Assembly: GCA_049700315.1 (NCBI GenBank)
Contig: JBNAVN010000003.1
Span: forward strand, 8,724 to 72,723
Reading direction: 5' to 3'
DNA: 64,000 nt
Origin: a bacterium
GTDB taxonomy: Bacteria > Hydrothermota > Tepidihabitantia > SM23-42 > JAOAFX01
In this document: one piece after another, positions 8,920 to 17,824 of the stretch
How the letters are laid out: each line of letters begins with the position of its first letter
How positions within the stretch are numbered: position 1 is the stretch's first letter
Translations under genes and position numbers: made by a program
The notes under the pieces: model-generated
Told to the model about the DNA's origin: nothing
The model's input: only the letters and a program-made list of their open reading frames with translations
Database searches by the model: none

Positions 8920-9773
8920 ATATGCAAAAATGGTTATATTGTCCGGTCTGCAGAGGAAGTTTGGTGAAGAAACAATCAGTAATTCTTTGCAAAAAGTGTG
9001 GCTGGCAACATTATAAAAATCCTCTGCCTTCAGTTGCCGGATTTATAATGAATGCTGATGATGAGATATTATTGATCAAACGCGGTGCTGAACCAGAAAA
9101 AGGCAGATGGGCACTACCTTCGGGCTTTATTGAACCCAATGAAACACCAGAGCAGGCAGTATTGAGAGAATTGAAGGAAGAAACTGGGTTGAATGGCACG
9201 ATAAAAAAGATGCTCGGAATTTATGTTGAACCAACAAGGTTCTATGGAGATGTGCTTCTCATTGGTTATGAGATTGAAGGCACCGGTGGCAAGATCAGAC
9301 CCGGCTCAGATACCACAGAAGTCAATTTCTTTTCCAAAAACAAACTGCCAAGAATTCCATTTTTGAGCCATCGCGAAATCATCAATCAGGGAATCAATAG
9401 TCAAACAGATAATGTCTATGTTGAAGTCCTGAAATCAAAGATTTCTGAAGCAGTCATTACTGATACAATTCTCTTTTATAAGGGAAGTATGGGTATAGAT
9501 GCAAAAATTATGCGGTCAGCGCACATTAAGCCCGGAGAAAAGGTGCAGGTTTTAAATTATGATAATGGCGAAAGGCTTGAAACCTATGTTATCCCTGAAA
9601 AACCAGATTCAAGGAAGTTCATCCTTTATGGTCCGGCTTCATTAAAAGGTAAGAAGGGACAGAGATTATGCATACTCTCTTATGCATTTGTTGCCCAGAA
9701 TAAAGCAGAATTTTTTAAGCCGAGGATTGTCATCCTTGATACAAAAAATTTCATCAAAAAAATCAAATCCTAA
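8916..9773 (+). CDS. Fusion protein: zinc-ribbon NUDIX hydrolase (NudC-like) N-terminal domain plus aspartate 1-decarboxylase (PanD) C-terminal domain
   Basis: CPVCRG...CKKCGW zinc ribbon. Nudix box GRWALPSGFIEPNETPEQAVLRELKEETG. C-terminal 110 aa align with PanD, including the Gly-Ser self-processing site (YKGSMGID), NG.R..TY and GPASL regions. One continuous ORF, no internal start for the PanD part. Confidence 0.7.
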   Translation: MNMQKWLYCPVCRGSLVKKQSVILCKKCGWQHYKNPLPSVAGFIMNADDEILLIKRGAEPEKGRWALPSGFIEPNETPEQAVLRELKEETGLNGTIKKMLGIYVEPTRFYGDVLLIGYEIEGTGGKIRPGSDTTEVNFFSKNKLPRIPFLSHREIINQGINSQTDNVYVEVLKSKISEAVITDTILFYKGSMGIDAKIMRSAHIKPGEKVQVLNYDNGERLETYVIPEKPDSRKFILYGPASLKGKKGQRLCILSYAFVAQNKAEFFKPRIVILDTKNFIKKIKS

Positions 9774-10701
9774 AAAATTTATATATGGACCGGTCCCTTC
9801 GCGACGGCTGGGCTATTCATTAGGAATTGATTTACTCATTCCCAAGACCTGCACTTATAATTGTATTTACTGCCAGTTAGGAAAGACAACAAATCAGACA
9901 CTGAAGCGAAAAAAATATGTTCCATCAAGAATGATTTTGAAAGAACTGAGCCATTTGTTAAGAACAAAAACCCGCATTGATTATATCACATTTTCCGGTT
10001 CTGGTGAACCAACCCTGAGTTCAGATATTGGACTATTAATAAAGAAAATTAGACGACTCACAAAAATCCCTGTTGCAGTTATAACTAATTCTTCCTTAAT
10101 GCACAAAAAAGATGTCCAGAAAGGTCTATTAAGTGCGGATGTCATCCTGCCCACACTCACCACGGTTCAGGAAAAAACATTCAGAAAAATTCATCGGTCA
10201 ATCCCGGCGATAACTGCCAAAAAAATCGTTAATGGGTTGATTCGGTTTCGCAAATGTTACAAAGGGAAAATCTGGCTTGAGGTAATGCTTATCAAAGGGT
10301 TGAACGATTCAAAACAGGAAATTCAGGCATTAAAAAAGATAATAAGAAGAATCAAGCCTGATAGAATCCATCTAAATACTGTAGTAAGACCACCAAGTGA
10401 GAAATTTGCCCGACCCTTATCCATATCTGAACTGAAACGGATAAAGAAAATCATCGGAAGGAATTGCGAAATTGTAGCAGAATTCAAGAAACCAGGCAAT
10501 GTTTCAAAATTTAAAGACAATAATGAAATGGTCTTACAATATTTAAGACGAAGACCTGCAACCCTTATTGATATGAACAAAAGTCTGGGCATCAATCAAA
10601 GTGAATTGATAAAAAATCTTGAAAGACTCCTAAAATCCAGAAAAATCAAAAAGAAGAGATATGGAGGTAGAATTTTTTATGAAACAGTCAAAGATAGTTG
10701 A
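9682..10701 (+). CDS. Radical SAM protein (function unknown)
   Basis: CTYNCIYC (CxxxCxxC) cluster motif preceded by GPVPSRRLGYSLGIDL. True start likely near 9760-9775 (non-ATG), as the tracked ORF overlaps the upstream gene by 92 nt. Confidence 0.65.
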   Translation: MHLLPRIKQNFLSRGLSSLIQKISSKKSNPKKFIYGPVPSRRLGYSLGIDLLIPKTCTYNCIYCQLGKTTNQTLKRKKYVPSRMILKELSHLLRTKTRIDYITFSGSGEPTLSSDIGLLIKKIRRLTKIPVAVITNSSLMHKKDVQKGLLSADVILPTLTTVQEKTFRKIHRSIPAITAKKIVNGLIRFRKCYKGKIWLEVMLIKGLNDSKQEIQALKKIIRRIKPDRIHLNTVVRPPSEKFARPLSISELKRIKKIIGRNCEIVAEFKKPGNVSKFKDNNEMVLQYLRRRPATLIDMNKSLGINQSELIKNLERLLKSRKIKKKRYGGRIFYETVKDS

Positions 10702-11206
10702 ACCATATGATTTGTCAAAAGAGGAACTTCTGGAGTTTATTCCTGACCTTGCCAAAAACTGGCTTGCCCATGATGGACTCTGGTTTTTGTGTATTGAACA
10801 GAAATACGGTATTGAATCAGCAATTGAACTTGATAAAAAGGCGTGGGAAAAATTTACAGTAATTGAAGCAGAAAGAATAATGAAACGGCTGAATATAGAG
10901 CCCAATAGCGGTATTACAGGTTTGATTCAGGCGCTAAAATTCCGGCTGTATGCATTTATCAATAAGCAGGAAATTATTGAAATCTCTGACAAAAGATGTG
11001 TGTTGAGAATGAATAACTGCCGTGTGCAGGAAGCGAGAAAGCGCAAAGGTCTGCCTGATTTTCCCTGCAAGCCTGTTGGTATAGTGGAATATGCCTATTT
11101 TGCCCAAACCATTGATAGCCGTATTAAGACCAATTGTATTACCTGTCCCCCAGATTCCCATCCCGACGATTATTTCTGCGCCTGGGAGTTTGTACTTCAG
11201 GATTAA
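10661..11206 (+). CDS. Hypothetical protein with C-terminal Cys/His-rich motif
   Basis: 181 aa with WLAHDGLWF and CITCPPDSHPDDYFCAWE. Overlaps and is co-oriented with the radical SAM gene. Alternative start at 10679. Confidence 0.4.
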   Translation: MEVEFFMKQSKIVEPYDLSKEELLEFIPDLAKNWLAHDGLWFLCIEQKYGIESAIELDKKAWEKFTVIEAERIMKRLNIEPNSGITGLIQALKFRLYAFINKQEIIEISDKRCVLRMNNCRVQEARKRKGLPDFPCKPVGIVEYAYFAQTIDSRIKTNCITCPPDSHPDDYFCAWEFVLQD

Positions 11207-11209
11207 ATT

Positions 11210-11944
11210 TTATTTTTCCTTGATCTGTTCCAGAAGTTTTAATGCCTCTGGTTGGTCATCAAGTATATAATCTGCCACATAAGTAGGATTGTTTATTTCC
11301 AGGACTTTATTCAGATACCACCTTGCCTTTTCATATTCTCTTTTCTTGATGTATACCTTCGCCATATCCACATAAAGAATTGTATAATTTGAATCAATGG
11401 CAATTGCCTGATTCAAATATTCTATTGATTTATTCAGATTACCGCCCATCAGTTTTGGTAATTCGTAATAAAGCATAGCACAAGCATCCATGGCACCGGT
11501 ATGTTTGGGATCAAGTTTTAAGACAATATCAATTTCCTTTTTGATCTCGGGAACCAGACTGAGAGAATTGAGAACACCTTTTGTCTGTCCACTCCTTCCT
11601 AAGTTTACCATATACCAGAAGTGCGCCTGGGCACAGTCCTTGTCCAATGCCATTGCCCTTTTCCCATATTCCATGCCCCGGGTGTAGAAATTCAACTTCT
11701 CGTCCTTTTTTTCAGCATTGTCGCCCATAAGATAATTGATTCTGGAAAGTTCATAATTAGCCCGAAGGTTATCAGGCTCATCCTTAACAATATCAAGCAG
11801 TATCTCATAACTCTTCATTAAATTATCTTTGTTCAAATGTCTTGATTCGTATAAATCAATCGCCTCCTGTATCCTTATGTCTGAGTTCTGTGCAAACAGA
11901 AATACAAAACTTGACAATAATCCAATGTAGATTCTGTAGTTCAT
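11210..11944 (-). CDS. Secreted/lipoprotein TPR-repeat protein
   Basis: N-terminal signal-like hydrophobic segment. Several TPR-like repeats (AxxYxxLG patterns). Confidence 0.55.
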   Translation of the reverse strand: MNYRIYIGLLSSFVFLFAQNSDIRIQEAIDLYESRHLNKDNLMKSYEILLDIVKDEPDNLRANYELSRINYLMGDNAEKKDEKLNFYTRGMEYGKRAMALDKDCAQAHFWYMVNLGRSGQTKGVLNSLSLVPEIKKEIDIVLKLDPKHTGAMDACAMLYYELPKLMGGNLNKSIEYLNQAIAIDSNYTILYVDMAKVYIKKREYEKARWYLNKVLEINNPTYVADYILDDQPEALKLLEQIKEK

Positions 11945-11981
11945 ATAACCTCCTTATATACAAATATTTTGTCTGTTTTTC

Positions 11982-12734
11982 TCAGCATTTTTGATGGCTG
12001 TCCATTTTTAACATTGTCGCAATCGTAAAACAATTGATTGCCTTCTGTTGAAGACGTTCATAATAATACAGAATTGATGGCTTTTCTGAAATCTTCACTC
12101 GCAATGTAAATACATTATCAGTAATGTATATCGCTTCCTTCTTAATACTCAAATCATTCTTTCCATCACCACCAAAACCATATTTGTATCCTGCCTCCTT
12201 AACCTTACTCAGTACTACCGGATTGATTCTATTAAACGGATACGAAATGGCATCAATTGGTCCGAGATATTTCTCTAAAACTCTCTTGGATTCAAATATC
12301 TCATATTCTAACCTTTCAGAATTCATCCGGGCAAGGTTGCAGTGCGACATGGTGTGAGAGCCAAAACTGACACCCGATTCTTTCATTTCCAAAATTTGAT
12401 GCCAATCAAGATGGCGGTTTCTTTTCTTCCAAATTGAGATATCCCAGTAATTTTCCATACCAATATAATCCACTACCAAAAACACAATCGCTGGACATCG
12501 GTATTTTTTCAAAATCGGAAATGCGTAATGATACAAATTTTCTTCACCATCATCAAAGGTGATGATTATCCCATCTTTTTTCTGCTCGGGTAGAATAATA
12601 TCATAGCCACTATCAATAATTGTCTTGATAAAAAAATCAAATTGCCAGGGAAAATTCCAGGTACCGCCGAACTGAAACTGATCAGTTATTCTGTGGAACT
12701 GCAATGCCTTCATTATTGCTTTTTGCCCGAACAA
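11982..12734 (-). CDS. Polysaccharide deacetylase (NodB homology domain)
   Basis: IITFDDGEEN motif (TFDDG) and downstream His-containing motifs typical of the CE4 family. Confidence 0.7.
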   Translation of the reverse strand: MFGQKAIMKALQFHRITDQFQFGGTWNFPWQFDFFIKTIIDSGYDIILPEQKKDGIIITFDDGEENLYHYAFPILKKYRCPAIVFLVVDYIGMENYWDISIWKKRNRHLDWHQILEMKESGVSFGSHTMSHCNLARMNSERLEYEIFESKRVLEKYLGPIDAISYPFNRINPVVLSKVKEAGYKYGFGGDGKNDLSIKKEAIYITDNVFTLRVKISEKPSILYYYERLQQKAINCFTIATMLKMDSHQKC

Positions 12735-14088
12735 TTAAAATCCAGCTTGCGATGGCAAGGACAAACACAATTCCTCCAAAGATAAAAAAGAGAATTTTTC
12801 TGCTTATAAAAGCTGCAAGCGAACCAACAACCAATGCACCAACAACAAATGTTAAATTCAAAAGCCAATCACGGAAAGAAAATATTCTTCCCCGAATTTC
12901 TTCATCTGCATAATGATGGATCAGTGTATCCTGACCAATAAATATTGGCGATGCTGCAGCACCTACAATCAGGGCAATGATAATGAATTGATAGAACTGG
13001 CTAATAAAAGGAAATGCAATCAGTCCAATACCAATAATAACGAAGCAATAAACGATAAAGACCTTCAAATCAAGGTAGTGCCCAAGTGTCCCTGCAATAT
13101 AAGCGCCAAGCAGAAGTCCAATTGCGCCAACTGCAGCAAGCACACCGACACCCCTTGTTCCCCATTCCATATCCTGCTGGATTGTAGGAATTGCCAGAAC
13201 ATATATCACACTCCCCGCAACAATCATCAAAAAAATTGTACCCATTGCAAAACTTAGATTTTTCTTCTTTACAATATGCCTGATTGCCTGAAACATTTCT
13301 TTCAGAATTTTCAGTATCCCATCTTTTACCATTATGACCAGATTCTCAGGTTTCAAATGGCTTGCTTCTTTGGCCCGTTCTCTTAATTTTACCTTCATTA
13401 TATAAAGCATTATCGCTGATATGCCGAATGTAATGCCGTCAATAAGAAATGCAACAATCCAGCCAGCAATGCCCAATACATTCTTCCAGATGGGCCAATC
13501 AATGATCAGTCCGCCTGTTGCCATACCCAAAAATGTCGCTCCTCTACCCACGAGATTGATGATGGAATTTGCCGTTAGCAGTCTCTTTTTTGATACAAGA
13601 TTGGGAATTATGGCACTCCTTGCAGTATTGAAAAATAGAGCAAGCAGGAACATAAAGAAAACAATTCCAAATACTGGATAAATATTTTTTGTGTATATAT
13701 AAACCAGCGGCAGAAAGAATGCACAAATCATCCGAAGTGTATCACATATCACCATAACCTTTTTCTTATGCCAGCGGTCAACCAGAACTCCGGCAATTGG
13801 TCCAAAAATCAATACGGGAAGGGTAATGAATAACGCAAGTTGCGACAACAAGAAAGGCGTCCTCTCTTTGGGAAACAAACCAATAAGAGCGATGAGAGCA
13901 ATGTAGTCAAGTTTATCACCAAATTGACTGACTGTCTGTGAAAACACAAAGATTGAGAAATCCCGTATTTTTAGTATATTCCAGAATTTAACCCTGCTTA
14001 TGACACACCTCAGTGTAAAAATCCAGAACCTGCTTCGTGACAGCTTTCCAGTCGTATTTTTTTGCCTTTTCTCTGCCTGCAGAGCCAA
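12682..14088 (-). CDS. MFS-type transporter
   Basis: About 12 predicted TM helices. VSQFGD motif near the N-terminus, typical of MFS. True start probably downstream of the tracked one (non-ATG). Confidence 0.65.
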   Translation of the reverse strand: MALQAEKRQKNTTGKLSRSRFWIFTLRCVISRVKFWNILKIRDFSIFVFSQTVSQFGDKLDYIALIALIGLFPKERTPFLLSQLALFITLPVLIFGPIAGVLVDRWHKKKVMVICDTLRMICAFFLPLVYIYTKNIYPVFGIVFFMFLLALFFNTARSAIIPNLVSKKRLLTANSIINLVGRGATFLGMATGGLIIDWPIWKNVLGIAGWIVAFLIDGITFGISAIMLYIMKVKLRERAKEASHLKPENLVIMVKDGILKILKEMFQAIRHIVKKKNLSFAMGTIFLMIVAGSVIYVLAIPTIQQDMEWGTRGVGVLAAVGAIGLLLGAYIAGTLGHYLDLKVFIVYCFVIIGIGLIAFPFISQFYQFIIIALIVGAAASPIFIGQDTLIHHYADEEIRGRIFSFRDWLLNLTFVVGALVVGSLAAFISRKILFFIFGGIVFVLAIASWILIVRAKSNNEGIAVPQNN

Positions 14089-15109
14089 GTTTTCTCATCA
14101 ATTCAGGTTGTCTCAGAAGATAAATTACCTTCTCGGCAAGAGAATCAGGATTCATTGGTTCAAAGAACAAACCCTCAATCCCCTCGCCAAGGATTGTTCT
14201 ATATCCTGGTATATCAGATGCGACAATGGGTTTGCCACTTGCCATTGCCTCAAGCAGCACAATGCCAAAACTTTCTGCACCGGTCGCAGGTGAACAATAG
14301 ATATCACAGGAGGCATAATAACGTGGCAGGTCTTCGGGTGTTACAAAACCAACAAATACTACATTTTCCTTTATATGCTCTTCAATATAGCGCCGATAAT
14401 AATGCTCTAAAAATCCCTCACCAACTATCACAAGTTTTGCTTCAGGAAATTCTTTCACTATTTTGGGAAATGCCATCAAAAGATACTTCAGTCCTTTGCG
14501 CGGTTCAAACCTTCCTACAAAAAGAATCTTTGGCGAATATCTCTTAAGTTCTTCTATCTGAGGTAGCGCCGGATGGAATCTCTCTGTATCAATGCCATTG
14601 GGAATAATTCGATATTCACCGATTGGGAAATAACGCAGAACACAATCCCGTGCCACTGTAGAAACTGCAATCATACCATCAATTCTTCTGAAGTATTGTT
14701 CTAAAACAGGTTCCCACAATACATAACCAAAACTCTCTTCATAAGCCGAATGGAAAGTGACAAAATTCCTGGCACTGGAATATTTGATGGCAAGATAAGG
14801 CAGGGTTGGTGCAAGTGCACCATGAAGATGAATAACATCAAACTTCTCTGCCTCCAGAAAACGACGAACCTGCCAGGGCAGGGTGATGCCAAAACTTAAA
14901 ACTGAGAATGAGCGATTCTTTGGAAATTTTATTGCCCTACCCATTCTTATGATTTTTTCATCCACATAGGGATAATTCTTGCCAAATGAAGGTGCAACAA
15001 TCTTTGTTAAATGCCCCATCTGATTCAGATTTTTCCAGAGATGAAGGATGTGTTCTGATATGCCACCGGTATGAGGATAGAAAATATCTGAAACAAGCAA
15101 AATCTTCAA
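13988..15109 (-). CDS. Glycosyltransferase family 4
   Basis: GT-B fold with C-terminal EAMASGKPIVASDIPG motif (EX7E region) characteristic of GT4. Confidence 0.8.
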   Translation of the reverse strand: MKILLVSDIFYPHTGGISEHILHLWKNLNQMGHLTKIVAPSFGKNYPYVDEKIIRMGRAIKFPKNRSFSVLSFGITLPWQVRRFLEAEKFDVIHLHGALAPTLPYLAIKYSSARNFVTFHSAYEESFGYVLWEPVLEQYFRRIDGMIAVSTVARDCVLRYFPIGEYRIIPNGIDTERFHPALPQIEELKRYSPKILFVGRFEPRKGLKYLLMAFPKIVKEFPEAKLVIVGEGFLEHYYRRYIEEHIKENVVFVGFVTPEDLPRYYASCDIYCSPATGAESFGIVLLEAMASGKPIVASDIPGYRTILGEGIEGLFFEPMNPDSLAEKVIYLLRQPELMRKLGSAGREKAKKYDWKAVTKQVLDFYTEVCHKQG

Positions 15110-15588
15110 TCAATACCCCCGGTATGACCAAAACCACCACTTCCCCGTTCGGTTCTATTCAATTTTCTTACCTTTCTAAATTCTGCCTTTATGACCTTTG
15201 CTATTACCATCTGTGCGATTCTATCACCCGGCTTTATTCTAACGCCTTTTCTACCAAAGTTAAAAAGAATCACCTTTATCTCGCCGCGGTAATCTGCATC
15301 TATTGTGCCCGGTGCATTTAGAATGCCGATGCCATATTTCAATGCCAGACCACTGCGGGGTCTAACCTGTGCCTCATAGCCTGCTGGTATTTCAATCTTG
15401 ATACCTGTGGGAATGGCGCAAAAATCATGCGGCCGCAGGACCACTGTTCTCTGAATGTCTGCGTACAAATCGCAACCGGCCGATTGCGGAGTTTGATATT
15501 TTGGTATGAAATTGCCCTTTATTTTGATTCTTATTTTTTCAATGTTCCTATTATTATTAGGTGTTTTGGACTTTAAGTATTTAGGCAT
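15106..15588 (-). CDS. dut: dUTP diphosphatase
   Basis: SAGCDLYA, GTIDADYRGEI and GDRIAQMVI motifs. Start trimmed to MPKYLK so it does not overlap the upstream gene. Confidence 0.8.
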   Translation of the reverse strand: MPKYLKSKTPNNNRNIEKIRIKIKGNFIPKYQTPQSAGCDLYADIQRTVVLRPHDFCAIPTGIKIEIPAGYEAQVRPRSGLALKYGIGILNAPGTIDADYRGEIKVILFNFGRKGVRIKPGDRIAQMVIAKVIKAEFRKVRKLNRTERGSGGFGHTGGID

Positions 15589-15596
15589 TTTGTGAG

Positions 15597-16442
15597 TCAT
15601 TCTATCCACTCTGGATGAAATACAAACCACTGGTCTGGAAACCTAGATATAATCTCTTCAAATCTCTTTATCATAAACTTGTAAAATTCCTTTTCATCAT
15701 CAAACATTTTCATCGGCTCAACGACACCTAAATAGCGCTTTCTTTCACCTGCTCTGTTCAATAAGACCATATATCCAAACAAAACCGGAATTTTCCTTCT
15801 CACAATTATCTCACCCAAATTTTTAGGAAAACTCCTTTTTCCTGAAAAAAATCTGAATATCGTGCCCTGTTTCATTAAATCCCGGTCTGCAAGAACAGCC
15901 AGTATCCGGTTTTTTTTTATTGCTTCAAGAAGCGCATAACTTGCCCGTGATAAAGTAAATGTCTTCAATCCTGTTGCCTCACGGTGTTTTGTATACAATT
16001 TGAACATCTCAGGTTCAGTCTCTTCAACCAGTGCATTCATTGGAAAGCCACAAGCAGCAAGATAACTACCTGCATAATCCCAGTTTCCAATGTGCATGGT
16101 AATCAGGATACATCCCTTATTATGCGCAAGTGCATCATTCAGATTTTCAATTCCCTGAGGAATGACATTTTCTATCAGTTCTTCCTTCTTCAAAAATCCC
16201 AGTCGAAAAAAGTCAATCATACATCGGGCGAAATTCTCAAAGGTCCGGCGACAGAAATAATTATGGTATTCTGGCTTTGAAGGGAATATGTAGTATAAAT
16301 TCCGCAGGATGTATACTCTCTTCTTTTTAAGAAAAAAATAACAGATTCCACCAATAAAGCGCGCAAGTCCATCTGCAATTCTCAAAGGAATTATCTTTGT
16401 CAATCCCACTCCACATTTTTGTAGTCTAACCGCGATATTCAC
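15597..16442 (-). CDS. Lysophospholipid/lipid A-type acyltransferase (LpxL/HtrB-like family)
   Basis: HIGNWDYAG (HX4D-like acyltransferase motif). Size about 280 aa. Confidence 0.6.
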   Translation of the reverse strand: MNIAVRLQKCGVGLTKIIPLRIADGLARFIGGICYFFLKKKRVYILRNLYYIFPSKPEYHNYFCRRTFENFARCMIDFFRLGFLKKEELIENVIPQGIENLNDALAHNKGCILITMHIGNWDYAGSYLAACGFPMNALVEETEPEMFKLYTKHREATGLKTFTLSRASYALLEAIKKNRILAVLADRDLMKQGTIFRFFSGKRSFPKNLGEIIVRRKIPVLFGYMVLLNRAGERKRYLGVVEPMKMFDDEKEFYKFMIKRFEEIISRFPDQWFVFHPEWIE

Positions 16443-16457
16443 CAGTCAATAAATATG

Positions 16458-17696
16458 CTATTGCTTATACTCTCTTAGCGCAATACCCAGTATCTTCATA
16501 GCACTTCTGATATCTTCTTCTTTAAGCACATAGGCAATTCTCACCTGATTTTTGCCCTTTTTTAGTGTTGAATAGAATCCATTTGCGGGTGCAAGCATCA
16601 CTGTCCTATTCTGGTAATTGAAATCGGTCAAGAGCCACTGACAGAAATGGTCTGCATCTTTCACAGGCAAACTCAGTACCGTATAAAATGCACCTTCTGG
16701 TTTATGTCCATAAACATCAGGAATTTCTTTTAAACATTCAAATAGCAAATTGCGTCGATGCTCATATTCCCTGATCATCGGTGTAATATACTTGTTGATA
16801 TTCTTATATGCGGCAATAGCACCAATCTGCTCTAAGGTTGGAGGGCATAATCGCGCCTGACAGAACCTTATTATTGCATCCATTACCTTTTTATTACGAC
16901 TGATAATACATCCGACCCTGGCACCACAGGCAGAAAACCTTTTTGATATAGAATCCATTAAAATCACACGGTCTTCAATTTCCGGCAGGGACAGAGCACT
17001 GATGTGTGCTTTGCCATCGTAGATAAACTCCCGATATACTTCATCAGAAAGAATGAATAGATTGTGTTTTTTACTCAAACGCTGGAGGATAAACATCTCC
17101 TCTTCAGTAAGCACAGTTCCTGTTGGATTATTTGGTGTATTGATAAGAATTGCCCTCGTCCGATTGGTTATTCTCTTTTCAATCTCTGACTCAGGTGGGA
17201 TATGAAAACCATTTTCAATCTTTGTCTCTATTGCAACCAATTTGATATTAGCCATTACCGAGAAACCATTGTAATTTGTATAATAGGGTTCAAAAATAAT
17301 TATTTCATCTCTTGGGTCGCAAACTGTCATCATGGCAAATATTATTGCCTCACTCCCACCAACCGTAATCCAGATATTGTCCAGATCCAGATCAAAACCA
17401 AGATTTCGGTAATAGTCAAGAATTGCAAGACGTAAATCAAGTATTCCACCTGAAGGACCATAACCAAGAACCTTTTCCTTATGCTGGGTAATCGCCTCAA
17501 ATATCTCCGCAGGCGTCTCAATATCAGGTTGACCAATATTCAGGTGATAAATTTTTATCCCCTTTTTCTTTGCCTCATCAGCAAATGAAGACAGTTTTCT
17601 GATTGGTGAATAGGGCATTTTTCCTGCCCTTCGTGAAAGTATATTTTCTCCTGTTTTATTATTAGCCATAGTGAAATTATATCCAGAAGATTTCAA
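16458..17696 (-). CDS. PLP-dependent aminotransferase, class I/II
   Basis: SPIRKL N-terminal motif. SISKRFSACGARVG with the PLP-binding lysine. About 400 aa. Confidence 0.75.
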   Translation of the reverse strand: MKSSGYNFTMANNKTGENILSRRAGKMPYSPIRKLSSFADEAKKKGIKIYHLNIGQPDIETPAEIFEAITQHKEKVLGYGPSGGILDLRLAILDYYRNLGFDLDLDNIWITVGGSEAIIFAMMTVCDPRDEIIIFEPYYTNYNGFSVMANIKLVAIETKIENGFHIPPESEIEKRITNRTRAILINTPNNPTGTVLTEEEMFILQRLSKKHNLFILSDEVYREFIYDGKAHISALSLPEIEDRVILMDSISKRFSACGARVGCIISRNKKVMDAIIRFCQARLCPPTLEQIGAIAAYKNINKYITPMIREYEHRRNLLFECLKEIPDVYGHKPEGAFYTVLSLPVKDADHFCQWLLTDFNYQNRTVMLAPANGFYSTLKKGKNQVRIAYVLKEEDIRSAMKILGIALREYKQ

Positions 17697-17774
17697 AAGT
17701 CAACCACTATGGGACCTGGTTCCTCCCTCATCAAAGGGTGAGGAAAAGCGGAAAGAAATCTGTTTTTAAGATCA

Positions 17775-17802
17775 TTGACATATGCAGGAATTTTCGTATA
17801 AT
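17775..17802 (+). promoter_or_regulatory. Sigma70-type promoter, TTGACA-N16-TATAAT
   Basis: TTGACA at 17775 and TATAAT at 17797, read directly. Upstream of the PAS-GGDEF gene. Confidence 0.45.
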
Positions 17803-17824
17803 ATGAGTCATTAATGGATTGTCA

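Noticed and set aside
12704-14547. Plus-strand ORFs 12704..12913, 12913..13257, 13421..13681, 14000..14293 and 14062..14547
   Set aside because: Lie antisense to the MFS transporter and GT4 genes. Translations are low-complexity (Asn/Cys/Gln/His-rich) without motifs.
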